Origin: Podarcis liolepis
Taxonomy: Eukaryota
Strand: one strand, 5' to 3'
DNA length: 64,000 nt
Assembly (NCBI GenBank): GCA_965112155.1
Contig: OZ218098.1
The translations under genes were made by a program, and so were the position numbers. Under the pieces are notes generated by a model, which worked only from the letters and a program-made list of their open reading frames with translations, searched no databases and was not told the origin of the DNA. The number at the start of each line of letters is the position of its first letter. Positions within the stretch are counted from its first letter, which is position 1. Shown piece by piece: positions 13,941 through 26,557 of the stretch.

Positions 13941-14065
13941 TAAATATGAAATTAGTATTCCAAAGAGATTTTGAAATTTCCTAGCTTGGAACCATGCTGG
14001 TACATTTAAATCAAATTTGAAATGGTTATTTAAGAGTACTGACACATTTGAGTTTTTAAAATAAA
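13854..14065 (+). terminator. Candidate polyadenylation signals (ATTAAA 13854-13859; AATAAA from 13915; AATAAA 14060-14065)
   Basis: Hexamers read directly; a further AATAAA lies at 14903-14908. Confidence 0.5.
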
Positions 14066-17000
14066 AACAAATAGAAATGAAACAATTTACTGCATTAGTG
14101 GCATTATTTAAAAACTTCTGACTCCCTTTGGAATACCAGTTTTACTTTCACAGATTATGCTGGGGCTTTGAAATATTAATGTTGATTCAGGTTATTAATC
14201 TATTCTAGTTCTTGATAGGAAAATATCGGTATAACACTGGCTATCTTTTGTCTGCTCATTGCAAACTGGACTAAAACTTGGATTCCATAAGATAGTTATA
14301 AGGACTGAATTTCCATTTGCTGGAAACGTGTTACTGGTTGCTTGTTGAGGAGGTAGAGAGAAGACTACAGTTTAGGATGTGTTCTATTGTATAATTTCCA
14401 GAGAGATTTCTCAAGTTGGTATAGTAATAGTTCTTGGGTGAACATGCACCTCTGTCCCTTCCTGCAAAGAGAAAATATCAAGTAGTTGAAAAGTATCCTA
14501 TTCATTGAATCAAAACACCACCATCTTTCCAGGAAAAGTTCTGTTCACTTATCTCTACAGAGGGAGAGAGTTGCTCAATTTCAAGTTTTGAGGTTGATAC
14601 ATTCCCTGGAAAGTATTGAGTCCCAGTATAACCCAGTCATCCCACCATGTAGAATCAACTTTCAAGAGCTGCTTCAAGCAGCACTGATGGTTTTACCCGT
14701 TTTTATATTACAGAATATCCCTTTATGGCCTTTAAGCCCTGAGGGGTAGTTTGATTTGTATAAACTTGTATCTGAGTGGAGGTTTTTGGGTTTTTTTAGT
14801 GCTCTCTTTGCTCAGTATGTTTGACATTTGTTATAACATGGAGTTCTCTTAATATATTGGACACACTTAAATTTTTGTTCTTTATCACACTCTACCTCAG
14901 TCAATAAAGGAAAAAGTAGGCTGTCTTTAGCATTAAAACTTTTTTTAGTAGGCATTACACTCACTGCAAGGAGAGCATCACATTGCTACTTCTCTTTCCT
15001 ACATAGGCACTATTAAATAATCTGGATTTGATCCTGTGCCATATTTACCTGATCCTCGTGTTCTTCAGTTAGAATTTTCAGCTCCTTGCCTAAGTGTTTC
15101 CCAAGCTTTCTTGGGAGATGTTCCAACATTTACATTGATTCAAAATTATTTTGCTTGTTGTAATGCAAACCTGTGGTTTTACCATGGACCAGATAGCCAA
15201 TCACTTTCAACCTAGCCTAGCTTTGCAGTGTCCAAGTCTTGTACTCTGCCTGTTGAGTTAAACTTTGCTCTCCGCACAGCACCTTCCCCAGTTGGCACCG
15301 ATGGAAGTTCTGAGACTGTATTTTGGATTATGATTTGATGCTAGAAGCATAAGGTGAAACTGAGCTGTGTGGCTCAGCCATGCGGCGGGCCTGCCAAGAA
15401 TACAGAGGAGTGGTTTTCCTTGGATTTTAAGGAAAGAAGGTTGGTGTCTGTAGGGAATGCTGTTTGAATGAGAGCAGGAAAGTTGAATAGATTACATTGA
15501 TTAGCTTGGAGCCCACAATAAATGGGATATGGATCCATCTTCATAGGTGTGAGTTTGTAGTATGTCTGCTATGAATTACTTAAATCACATGCTCCAACAG
15601 TTCCTGAGGATCACAGTATATTTTCTGAAGCACATCAAGATACCAATGGATTAAACAAATAACATCCAGTATTGTGTGTGTCTCCATCATGTGATAATAG
15701 GGGAAGGGGATTAGCTAGTGTGCTTGGTGCTCCCAGGAGGCAAAGTGCAGAGTTTTCAGACCACCATGGAGATAGGAAGCTTACAAATTTCCATACAAAT
15801 TTCCTTTTTCCATACATTGAAAGATGGGGAATTAAGAACTGGGTTACAAATAAAAATGAATTTCCTTCCGCTGATTACCTACTGAAGATGTCTAATGCAA
15901 AGGTGGGTAGATTAAAACCCCTTCATGAAACACCATGTTTCACCCCATGAAAACTTTTCTGAAAATTGTAACCGTCATATTTACCTTTTAATGTTTGGTT
16001 ACAAGTACTACATAAAAAGCCCAGCTGATGTATTTATTCATAGCTGTCCTATTACCTTGCTGGTTTTTGTCTTGACAGAAGGCCAGGAGTAATACGTTTT
16101 TAAATGGGATCTTCTGCCACGATGATTTTGGTCTACTGGTGTACTGTTCAACCAACTCTCTTTTCTCTGAGTGTTTATGCGCACACACAACCTGACACGA
16201 CAACTGTTCCTCTGCAGTAAGGAGAACCCTCCTACGGTGTCAAAACTATTTTAGGGTTAGTTTGGTCCCATGTGGTAAAGGGAATTGGTACCACACATAA
16301 GTATGCATGCCATACTTTATTTTCAGGGCTGGGAGGAAATCTGCCCCACTTTTTGGCTTCCCAAAAGTGCTCCTTTCAGATTACAAAAACACAACAAAAA
16401 TGAGAGACTAATGCCAGCATGTTGTAAAACTGTGGCCTGATAGATCAAGCAGACGTGTGATAAAAGCTTCCTAATTAGGCAAGGCAATGCAGCTTGCAGA
16501 GTTCTAACCATCATAGGAATTTAGGATGTGGACACCTGTATGGACCCACCATCTACTGCTTACAGAATCTAAACATTCTAGTAAGCTAGAGAATTGTCAC
16601 CATTGTCCTCGTCACGTTTTGGGTGCTTAGTTGGAAACATTTTGCAGACTTGTGCTTGCCCACATACATGAACTCTAAAAACCTTCGAGCTTCATTTAAA
16701 TGTCAGTAAAATTACAACCTGGCCTTTGCCACTAAGGATGGGGTTTATTTCAAAGAGCTCCTCTAGCTTTAAATACATGGTGTTGGGAGGGGGCACCTTT
16801 TTTCTGTGCCACTGCTTTGCCTAGCCCATCCACTACTACTTTCCAAGAACCGAGATTCTTTTTAGAGGACACATGAATGGTGAGGCTTTGTTAATGCTTG
16901 GGACTGTTGCTAGGAGACATTTGGAGAGAGGCGAATAACTCTGTTTACAGTTAGTGCAAAGTATATGCCAAAATGCCTTCACTTTGGAAATCCCCCGTTT

Positions 17001-18558
17001 GTGTCAGCTGCTGTGGGATGGCAACAAGGTGCTTGAGAAAATAACAGCATTAAAACATTTTTTTCTTTTCAAGTTTTTTTTAAATTTCAAACAGCATGAC
17101 CTTTTTTCTATTTAAAAAAAAATTCAAGGGAATCATATCAGGTTCACTTAACTCAAAAAATGTAAGGGTGTACTCAGTTGTGTTCTTGATTTACAGCTTT
17201 CACCTATCTAGGGAGACCTATAAATCTTATAGTCTAATCCTCTTCTCTATATTGAGAGAGAGGGCAAGACCACTGAGTTCACACCAGACAAGCTTGTATA
17301 GAATTGCATCCTAAGTCTGCAATTGTATGTAATAAACTTCCTGGGAAGTAAATCCTAGTGAATAACGTGACACACAAACATGTAGCCTGACAAAATCTCC
17401 TGGGCCCGCTGTCACTAGCAAGATGCCCCAGGAATAGCAGTGTTTGGTCCCTTGGTCTGTGAGACCTCCCCCAGCCACATGCAAAGGTCCACAATCAGTG
17501 GTTCACATGGTCTCCCTCCATTGTCCATTTCTTTGGTTTTGGTGAGTTCTGCATGGCGGTTTACTGTTTGCCTGCAGCTGAGCAGGAATAAGATCTTAGC
17601 TCTTTAATTATAATTTGCACCCCATGTTTCCATAGATCAGGGACAGGCAACCTGTGGCCTTCCAGATGTTAATACACCCCTGAACATTGGCCATACTGGC
17701 CTGGGGTGATGGGAATCTAAAAACATCTGGAGGACTACAGCTTCCTAATTGCAATGTCCACTGTGGCTAACACCATTAAGACTACAAAATACAGTAACAA
17801 CTAAGAGAAACCAAAATAAAAAAGCAGAAAGAAAAAGGAACATCCAGCCAAAAACAAGCAATGCATAGTAGTGTAAGAGGACAAGGAATCCAGCAATACA
17901 ATTAGCCAGAGCCCTGCCAAACAAAACAAAAAAACTTGGCCCATCCAGCTGGCTTCCATAGTTATCCCAAATGGTGCCATTGCCATGATTTCTGCACCAC
18001 TTGTGACTGACTACTTGAATGTCTGTTTTAAAACAAAGTTTGCCATGGTCACAAGAGTTTCTTTTCTTTCTTTTTTTTTTTTACTTTAACTAAAGCGCTC
18101 AATGAATGGTGTTTTTCAGCCGCTAGGTGGTGGAAACATTCTTTGCATTGCCTGGTCATGGGGAGTGACAGACATTGCAAAGAATGCCTGTTTTTCTTCT
18201 TCTTTGTAATACAGAAACTACAATGTTTCAAATCTTGAGTGTCGGGACTATACAAGCTATGCAGATGTTAGAACTGTACTCACAAGAGTGTCCCATAGCT
18301 CATTTTATCTATCCAACACGTGCACTGAAAAGTAGAACATGATCAACAACAAAGTAAGTAGTGACAGAACGGTTAAAGAAGGTGCCAGTTGCATTTTGGA
18401 AAGCAAAGAGATGGGGCAATAGCTGTTTGAAGTTTATTTAGCCACATACTGTTCACCATTCAGCTGCCACTTGAATGTTCTTCGTACAGTTCAGTTGAAG
18501 AGCGCATATGTTTTTGCCAAGTATTTTCTTGCTCTTCTTTCTGTCCTCTAGAGCGTTT

Positions 18559-18675
18559 CATAAATCACAGAACTGGAGAGTTGGAAGGGGCTCCAAGAGT
18601 CAATGAGCCATCCCTGGGTGGGTTCGAACCACCAACCTTCTGGTTCAGAGCCTGACCCACTGCACCACCTCAGAT
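18559..18675 (-). mobile_element. tRNA(Asn)-like head plus CR1-type tail; short SINE-like element
   Basis: Reverse strand AAGGTTGGTGGTTCGAACCCACCCAGGGATG resembles the tRNA-Asn 3' half, followed by CCCCTTCCAACTCT...TTCTGTGATT (CR1 3' end motif). Confidence 0.6.
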
Positions 18676-18687
18676 CTCCTGACACTT

Positions 18688-19080
18688 TGTTGTTGTTGTT
18701 GTTTAGTCGTGTCCGACTCTTTGTGACCCAATGAACCAGAGCACACCAGACACTTCTGTCTTCCACTGCCTCCCGCAGTTTGGTCAAACTCATGCTTGTA
18801 GCTTCGAGAACACTGTCCAACCATCTCGTCCTCTGTCGTCCCCTTCTCCTTGTGCCCTCCATCTTTCCCAACATCAGGGTCTTTTCCAGGGACTCTTCTC
18901 TTCTCATGAGGTGGCCAAAGTATTGGAGCCTCAGCTTCAGGATCTGTCCTTCCAGTGAGCACTCAGGGCTGATTTCCTTAAGAACGGATAGGTTTGATCT
19001 TCTTGCAGTCCATGGGACTCTCAAGAGTCTCCTTCAGCACCATAATTCAAAAGCATCAATTCTTCGGCCATCAGCCTTCT
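18688..19080 (-). mobile_element. 5'-truncated RTE-BovB LINE
   Basis: ORF ...RVPWTARRSNLSVLKEISPECSLEGQILKLRLQYFGHLMRREESLEKTLMLGK..GTRRRGRQRTRWLD is the BovB C-terminus; (CAA)n tail; ACACTT at 18682-18687 and 19081-19086 as a possible TSD. Confidence 0.93.
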
Positions 19081-19654
19081 ACACTTGGTTAGAACACAAA
19101 AGTAAATCCATGCCAGGTCTGCTGGCATAATTTCAAAGTAGTGTTATTAACTTGCAGTGGTCATACATATTTTTTTCTGACATTTCTCCATGCAGTTTAT
19201 TTAACTGCACTTCTCCATGAAACCAGATGAGTCAGACAAAGGGCAGCAAGGAGTTTAAAAGGAAAGAACTGGCATGCATTTTTGCCTTAAGAGTTAACCA
19301 AAAACTCCCAAACCAAAATCAACTGCAGTGCCTGCTAGCCACAGATGCAGAAGTATGAGCTGTGGTAAGCTGCAGTTCAAAACCAGCAATCCTATCTGTA
19401 TGTACAAGGCAAATCTAAGAGCATCACTATTTGGAATTCTTAACGGTTCCCTAGCTTCAACTGAGAATACCATACAATGCCAAGGACATGATGATACTTA
19501 CATATAAAATAAATATTTTTAAAGGACATGCTACTGCCTTCTAATATCAGTTATTCTTGTTATTATTAGCAGGGTTTGTGAATGCAACGATCCAAATTTA
19601 TATTTGTGTGTGCGATTTAATTTTCATTCAATTGCATTTCCTCCCCCTTTATTT

Positions 19655-19850
19655 TCATAGGAACATGAGCATAAGATGAGCCTGCTGGACCAGGCCAATG
19701 GCCCATTCAATCCAGTATCCTGTTCTCAGAGTGGCTGACCAGGTGTCTCTGAGAAGCATGGAAGCAAGGCATGAGCACAACAGGACTTGGCCCACATTTG
19801 ATCCCAAGCAACTGGTATTTAGAGACACAATGCCTCCAACAGTGAAATCC
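19655..19850 (-). mobile_element. CR1-type 3' fragment
   Basis: CATAGGAACAT...AGCCTGCTGGACCAGGCCAATGGCCCAT...TCCAGTATCCTG, a reverse CR1 tail pattern. Confidence 0.6.
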
Positions 19851-19852
19851 AG

Positions 19853-20174
19853 TATGCCTGGGAGCGTTCTCCACCCCCATCGTTCAGCCTGGACACTCAG
19901 GTCCAGCTCCGAGGGCCTTCTGGCAGTTCCCTCATTGCGGGAAATAAGAATACAGGGAACCAAGCAGAGGCCCTGTGGAACACCCTCCTATCAGATGTCA
20001 AGGAAATAAACAACTATCTGACTTTTAGAAGACATCTGAAGGCAGCCCTGTTAAGGGAAGTTTTTTTATTGTTTGATGTTTTATCGTGTTTTTAATATTC
20101 TGTTGAGAGCCGCCCAGAGTGGCTAGGGAAACCCAGCCAGATGGGCAGGGTATATATAAATTATTATTATTATT
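19853..20174 (+). mobile_element. L2-clade LINE 3' end with (TTA)n tail
   Basis: TLRSSSEGLLAVPSLRE peptide; terminal GAGCCGCCCAGAGTGGCT..GGGAAACCCAGCCAGATGGGC followed by TTATTATT. Confidence 0.75.
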
Positions 20175-21544
20175 AATCGGAACTTAACATGGATAGAAAC
20201 CATTGATTTCCTTATTTCTTATATGCTATTGAATTACATGTTTTGGATTAACTAAATAAGAATAACTATTTTTTAAAAAAAGAAATAGTAAGCCCCACTG
20301 TGTTAAGTGGAGCTTACTTCCATGTAAATGTATATAGGTGTACAGACTTAGTTTGTTCAAAAATAATCCGCCTCTTTACTGCTCCTCCCAGATTTCCTCC
20401 CAGCATAGAGGAAAAAGGTCACCTATTTTTTATTATTTAACCTGTTCAGAGTCTTGAAAATGAGGCAGGCAATCAACTTTCAAAAAAAGAAAGAAAAGTG
20501 TGCCAAGAAGTCTGTGGTTAAGAAACACTTGGCTGCATCATCACTATCAAATGTTATGTGCATCTGGTACAGTAATTCCCAATTATTAGCCCTCCTCCAC
20601 TGCAAAAGTACAGAGGTGTGTCCGAAATGCCAAGAGTCTGTTGTAACAAATTGTTAAATAAAGTACAACAGAGATTCATATCTCCAGTAGTGTGTGTAGA
20701 GAGCCAGGAATATACAAACAGGAAGCAATTTCCTACTTAGTTTATATAGTCTTTAAGAGACCGAGAAATTAAAGTCTGCTATTGTCTTAGGAAGATATGG
20801 CCCACCAGAATTCCCTAAGGCATAAATGGCCACTAGAATCAGTAATGACAAAGATTGAAGAAAATACACCTGAAGGTTTTATACAGATGGTATTTTACCA
20901 CCCCCAGGGTTAATTTACCGTATATCTATGGCTCTGTTAAGCCTTGAGTGCTGGAAAAGAACTCTACTGCTTTGAGTACTACCACCATATGTGGTGGGAT
21001 TGCCCAAAGATTTGATACTTTTAGGATAAAATGTTAGTGGATGTTGAGAGTTCTAACAACTAAAGCAAATATTTCAGACCAATTATAATGAGGTGTCTGT
21101 AAAACAGAGAGAAAAATGGGCCTAAGCAAATCCATGGAGGCAAGCGAGAAAAAACCAGGATTGACAATAGTTTATGGGAAGGAAGGTCACACATAATAAA
21201 ATAAAATAATGCATAAGTCCCAGTGCTTTCAGTGGAACTTGCTTTTGAGTGTCTGGGTGAGCAGGTAGAAGCGAGTTGCAGAGATGATGCCCCAATTTCA
21301 GTGGTCAGACTGGAGGGGCTCACCACTGTTTGGGGCAGAGGCCTAGATGTTTGGTCTCTGTTCCTTGTTTCAGCTCTCCCACTCCTTAAGAAGGTCCTCC
21401 TGGTAGCTTATCCACTTAGATCCTCTGGTTTGGCGATGCTGTTTCTGAATGCCAGATCGATCCATAATAAGACCGTGGGACTTCCTTACCTTGTTTCCCC
21501 AAACTGTACTTTCTGCAGGAGCTGTAACAAGGTTCAAATTATTG

Positions 21545-21725
21545 CTTTATCCCATTTATACCCCACTAATGAGCTCTCTTTCTCCCCACATGGACCCTGT
21601 GAGGGAGGTCAGGCTGAGAGTCGTGTGACTGGCCCAAGGTCACCCCATCAGCTTCCTGGCACGGAGGGGATTTGAACCCTGGCCTCTCCCAGGGCCTGAT
21701 CCAATGCTCTAACCACTACACCACC
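21545..21725 (-). mobile_element. MIR/CORE-type SINE
   Basis: CCCTGTGAGG...GGCTGAGAG..GTGACTGGCCCAAGGTCACCC...GGGATTTGAACCC...TCTAACCACTACACCAC. Confidence 0.7.
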
Positions 21726-21862
21726 ATACCCTCCAACATTTCTTAAATGAAATTAGGGACATCTGAAGGAAAAGCGGGACGCTCTGGGATCAAATTAGAA
21801 ACCGAGACAGATTCTATAAATCCAGGACTGTCCCTGGAAAACTGGGGCACTTGGAGGGTCTT
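21725..21862. mobile_element. hAT-type MITE
   Basis: Terminal inverted repeat ACCCTCCAA / TTGGAGGGT; internal GGGAC motifs. Confidence 0.6.
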
Positions 21863-22029
21863 CACCACACTTGCTCCATCCCCCCCTTGTCTCCCTTTCC
21901 CAAATGATTCCCAGGACTCTGGGGTTAAATCCCCTATATACCTACAGGCTCGCTCGACCAATTCCCTTTGTCCTTTGGAAGCTTTTGGCATGAGTTCATG
22001 TTTAAACACAATAGGCCAGCCTAACGCTG

Positions 22030-23610
22030 CCGTCATGTTTGCAGAGACCACGAGCCCAGAAGAAAAACATCCTGCCGCTCCGAAGAGGGGAATCGAGCCC
22101 CCACTCGGGGGGCTTTCGTGGGAGAGGATTGTTTCTGCGCTGAAAACCAGAGCCTGTAATTCCTCTCCAGTTTAATCAGCCTGCCCGCCTCCTCCTCCTC
22201 CTCCCAGCGGATTGTTGGGGACGCCTCCAAAGTGCTGGAGACCAAGCCAGGCGCCTGGGACTGAAACCAGAGGCGCGTGAGGCCACACTTTGCCTTTCCT
22301 TTTTGAGAAACCCGAAGGGGCAGCCGGCGTCTCATCCGCTCGGAAGAAGTAAAGGCTAACTTGCTTCCAACGCGGCTTACATCCACAGAAGCGACGGCGC
22401 GCACCGCGGACCCCGCGCAGCTCAAGGGGGTCCGGGTTCCCCTCGCGCGCACTTTGTTCTCGCGGCGCAGTTGCTCGCACCTTCCCAGCCCAATTAAGCC
22501 CAGAGGCATCTTCCATTGGCCAGCTCCAACCCTTTACCCCAGGCTCTCATTTGCAACCAGCGACGTCCATCAAAGTGGGTGGTTTGTGTGTGTTTGCCCT
22601 CCCCCGCTCCCCTTTCATCTTCAGTTGTAAAAGAGTTCCCGCTACAGGTAATAACTGCGCGGCGCAGGAGGACTTTGTCTCTTGCCTGGAAAGAGGGAAA
22701 GGGCGAAGCGCGCTAGAGCGCACAGGCAGAGCGCCTGGGACGCGCGTTCTGCTTGGCTTCCAGAAGAAAGAAAACTTTCGGAAGCTTTTCTAAAAGAAGA
22801 GGTCCCTTTCCCGTTTGTTCCTTTCCCCACCCCCGGCCCGTCTTGCGCATCAGCAGCCGCCACGAAAGAGGAGCCACTCGCTACGCCCGGAGGCTTCGGC
22901 AAGAGTGCGCCGCCGGTTGCTCAGCTCCCGCCGCCGTCGCCGCTCCTTTGCGCGCGAGCTGCGCCCTGTCCTGCCCATCAGCAGGTTGTTGGCGAGGGCT
23001 GGGCTGCCTCGAGGAGGAGAAGGAGGCTGCCGCCGCCGCCGCCGCTTTTGCAAGCAGGAGCGCCGCAGGAGGGCGACTGATCGCGACCCGCGTGTGCGCG
23101 TCCCTCCCCGCCGCAGCCCAGGGGGAGGGGAGAGAGGAGATGAGCCTCGTATTGTTTCCCTCGTAAGCCAGTCCGCCCGGGCTATGGGCTCCTCGCCTTT
23201 GTTCCCCGCGTGAGCGCAACCAGCTCGAGCCAAAGGCAAACGGAGGAGCCCGCCTCCTCCTCCTCCTCTTCGGGGAGCAACATGGACGTGACCATTTCCG
23301 AACTCATGGAGCTCTTTCTGCAGAGCCCCTTGGTGACCTGGGTGAGTTTTTGCAAAGACGCCGCCGCGTTGCTGCTGCTGTTGTTGTTAGCAGTTGTTGC
23401 CGGGGCAGGGGGCGGGCTGAGCGCCTCTCTGGCGGAGGAAATCGCCTTTCCTCGTGGGGCACCTAGGAGAGGCCACCCAGGAAAGGGGGTCGATTCGGGT
23501 GGGGAGGGAGAGAGGAGCCACTTGGCGGGGCCCCTTGGGAAAACACCAACTCGGAAAGTGTGCTTGTTGCCTTGCTTTTGTTGGCGCCGCTTTCCTCTCG
23601 GTTTCCGGAA
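22030..23610. promoter_or_regulatory. CpG island / promoter and 5' UTR of CCDC88C
   Basis: Abrupt GC- and CpG-rich stretch in an otherwise CpG-depleted window; spans the start codon; contains (GCC)n at about 23027-23045 and a GGGCGG box near 23410. Confidence 0.9.
23282..23341 (+). CDS. CCDC88C: CCDC88C (Daple) coding exon 1, MDVTISELMELFLQSPLVTW
   Basis: ATG in strong Kozak context (AAC-ATG-G), 60 nt, GTGAGT donor at 23342; matches the recalled Daple N-terminus (Hook-domain family). Confidence 0.96.
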
Positions 23611-26018
23611 GGAAAGAAGTTGATGGAGTTTGAAGTGGGTGCCTTGTGCTCCCAAGTAATCCCTGCAGGATTACTTTAAAAGAGAGAGAGGAGAAAGAGT
23701 GTTAGATTTCCATACTACCTAACTTGTCGCAAAAGTGGGCTTTCCAAATTGAAAGTTTTTATTTTTTTCGGAGCCATGGAACTGTGCGGTTGGAAATGGT
23801 CCATTCATTGTGTTCTTTAAAAAAAGAGAGCTATCCGTGATCAGGCTCATTATTGTTCATTCATAAAAGATTCCTTTCTCTTTTATGGGATGTGGCAGCT
23901 TGCTCTCCGGCAAGGTGTCGGAAACCCTAAAAGGAAAGGGGGAGGGGACCCCTTAATCTTTTAAACTAGAAGCACTTGTGCATTGTGACTGTTGAGGCTG
24001 CTTTGGCCTTAATGCTGCCCAGATGAAGCTTCCCTACAAGAAGAGTAGCGACATTCAAACCCCACCAAGATCACCAGGAGATTCCCTTTTGAAAGCCATA
24101 ATTGGCCATAGCTTCCTCTCCCTCGCACACTTCTGTTGTGCCCACATGCCGAAGTAGACATGCGCATGATTGTCACCAAGGGCCATGGTCTTCCTGTGCA
24201 CAAATCCTGCTTAGCACTGGAGGTTGAACCATGAAAGCAAATGGGGCACTGCCCTGCGGACCTCATTCTACCCATAATTCTACCCATAACCAGCCCCACC
24301 CACCGGCCTTCTTACTTACTGCCAGTCTAAGGAGTGGCACTGCTTACCAGCTTCCTCCTCCTTGATGTCAGCGCTGCCCTTGCAGAACTCTGCAAGGAAG
24401 AGGACTGGGGGCAAAATTAGGAATGAGTTGCCCTTGCCAGTCATTGGTTCTGGCTCCAGCTCCTGTTGGTCTCCCTAAGCTTCCACCCCACAAGTTCCAA
24501 TGGGCACCAGCCACCACTGCTACTGTCTTTGGGAATTCATGGCATTGTCTCCTTTCCAACACATAATCCTTCCTTCCTTGGAACAGGAGTTTACAAAGGA
24601 AGGGGACATCGGATTTCACTTATACAGTACATGCTAATGACTCTTTCTGGCTCCCCCCTCCCCTCTGGACCTTTCATCCAGGGCAAGAGAAGTTTTTTGG
24701 GGTTGGCCTTTGGAGCCAGTGCAGTTTTAAGGCAGAAACAGTCAGCAAAACCTTGCTTGGAACAGAAGGAGAGCTAGTTGAAGGAGAAATAATTGAAAAG
24801 GAAAGGTAGCGTGTGCTCTTTCGCCCCACTTGAAGCCTGATATGATCCATGTGTTTAACTCTCCAGTTGAAATCAACTGGACCAAAAAGCGCCTCACCTG
24901 AACCTGGATTGTGGCTTTGAGGTGTGGAAGGAAATGAAGGATGATCAATGATCAAATGCACATACCTTTGCCCTATGAGTGAGGATTTCCCCAGTCTTGA
25001 TTGACCTATGCTGAATTTACACATGCAGTGGTAGAACTGACTGCAATACTTCAGGCAGTAGGGTAGGGACCAGCATTTTACAATACTCCCCTGCATATAC
25101 TCCCTGTACAGGGCCAAGCCACCTGTTAGCCAAGGTGTCTCAGGTGGCAGGTTTGGAGAAGCAGGGGATCAATTCCTCACCTGGCTCACCTGCCTGCCTG
25201 CAGAGCTGCCCACCTCCATTTTGCTGAGTGGCTACTGACCTTGCTCCTGTGGCCTGGACAACAGCAGTGTAGTGGCCGTGATCCAAAGGGTTCTCCTGGT
25301 CACCACTTCATCTGATCATGGGTCCTTTCTTAAGAGTGAGCCACTGTGGATGAGGCAGCTCTGACAGTAGTAGGCAGTAGCATTTGGTGCTGCAAACAGG
25401 ACATTGGTGGAGATAATATCTAGGGCTGGCTCACTCGTGAGTAAGGTCTCTTTGTTCCTCTGAACGATAGATGAGCAAAATGTCCCCAAGGAGGCTTATG
25501 CGGCAACCTTTCTCCCAAAGTTGTTACCTGCTTGAGTGGAGTTGTTACACAGAGGAGGGTTCAAAAAAGCTCTCTTCTACTTGCTGTCAGACGGGGTGCA
25601 GTCAGTTCTACCACATCAGCAGTCTACCATTTGATTTCTAGACTGGCCACAACACCTCATGCCATCTGGTGTGCCATAATAAATTAATAGTAGCAAGCAA
25701 TGTGTACCAGGCCTGTAGAAGAGGGCAAACTTTTCAGGTCAAGTTGTTCTCTCTCTTTTTAACGTGTATGTGTCAAGAAGATTAATTGGGGAATGGAAAT
25801 TGGTTTAAGTAAGATCTTGGAAGGAATCGAGACAATGCCAACTGCTATTGAGATGGATTTGTAGCAGAAATAATGGTGGGTGTGTCCTTAAAGTTAGTGG
25901 ATACTTTTCTCAGGCATCTTTGCTAACATGACTGAAGGTGACGGGGGCAAAGTTGCAAAGTGTTGTCCCCCCCCCTTTTTTTGAGATTATTTCCTAATAA
26001 AGCTTTTTTTTCTGGCAG

Positions 26019-26119
26019 GTGAAAACGTTTGGACCATTAGGGAACGATAATGAAGACAAGCTCGCCATGTATATGGACCTTGCGGATGGAGTCTTCCTGA
26101 ACAAAATAATGTTGCAAGT
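26019..26119 (+). CDS. CCDC88C: CCDC88C exon 2, [33 protein letters not shown](V)
   Basis: T-tract plus CAG at 26016-26018, GTGAGT donor at 26120, 101 nt in phase 0/2. Confidence 0.95.
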
Positions 26120-26419
26120 GTGAGTTACAACTAAAGGGATGAGTGGGGAAATTATGCTTTTAGAGCTGGTGGAATGAAAGTATTTGTAATGAAAGTCAAT
26201 GCCATCGATTCAGCACCCTAGTTTCGTGGGTGACTGTTGCTGCCTCTTTCCTCCTGGGAAAATTAATCATGGTTCACCTCTGGCTTTTGATTGACTTGCT
26301 CTTCTGTGCTGTCGCTGAGGGCTTTTCAAAGCCTATGGTTCCATCACTCAATAGCAAAGTGCACACACTCTTGGGAAGCACATGGTTCCAAGTTCAAATC
26401 CTGGCATCTCCAGTTAGAG

Positions 26420-26557
26420 CAGGGGTGAAGGGCCTGTGGTTGCCCAGTTGGCTCTGAGCTGCAGCTCCCACCATGGCTGACTATTGGTCATACTGGCTGG
26501 GGCTGATGGGAGTTGGTGTGCAGCAGTATCTGGCGGGCTGCATGTTCCCTACCGTTG
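26420..26557. mobile_element. Palindromic hAT MITE inserted in a degraded Squam3-like SINE (about 26345-26670)
   Basis: 8-bp TSD AGTTAGAG (26412-26419) / AGTTAAAG (26558-26565); SINE halves on both sides. Confidence 0.7.

Noticed and set aside
23210-23281. In-frame GTG-initiated N-terminal extension of CCDC88C
   Set aside because: The downstream ATG has a strong Kozak context and matches the recalled ortholog start; no positive evidence for use of the GTG
22033-23655. Many overlapping 110-158 aa ORFs on both strands
   Set aside because: Expected in a GC-rich CpG island with few stop codons; low-complexity Ala/Arg/Pro translations; only 23282-23341 matches a known protein
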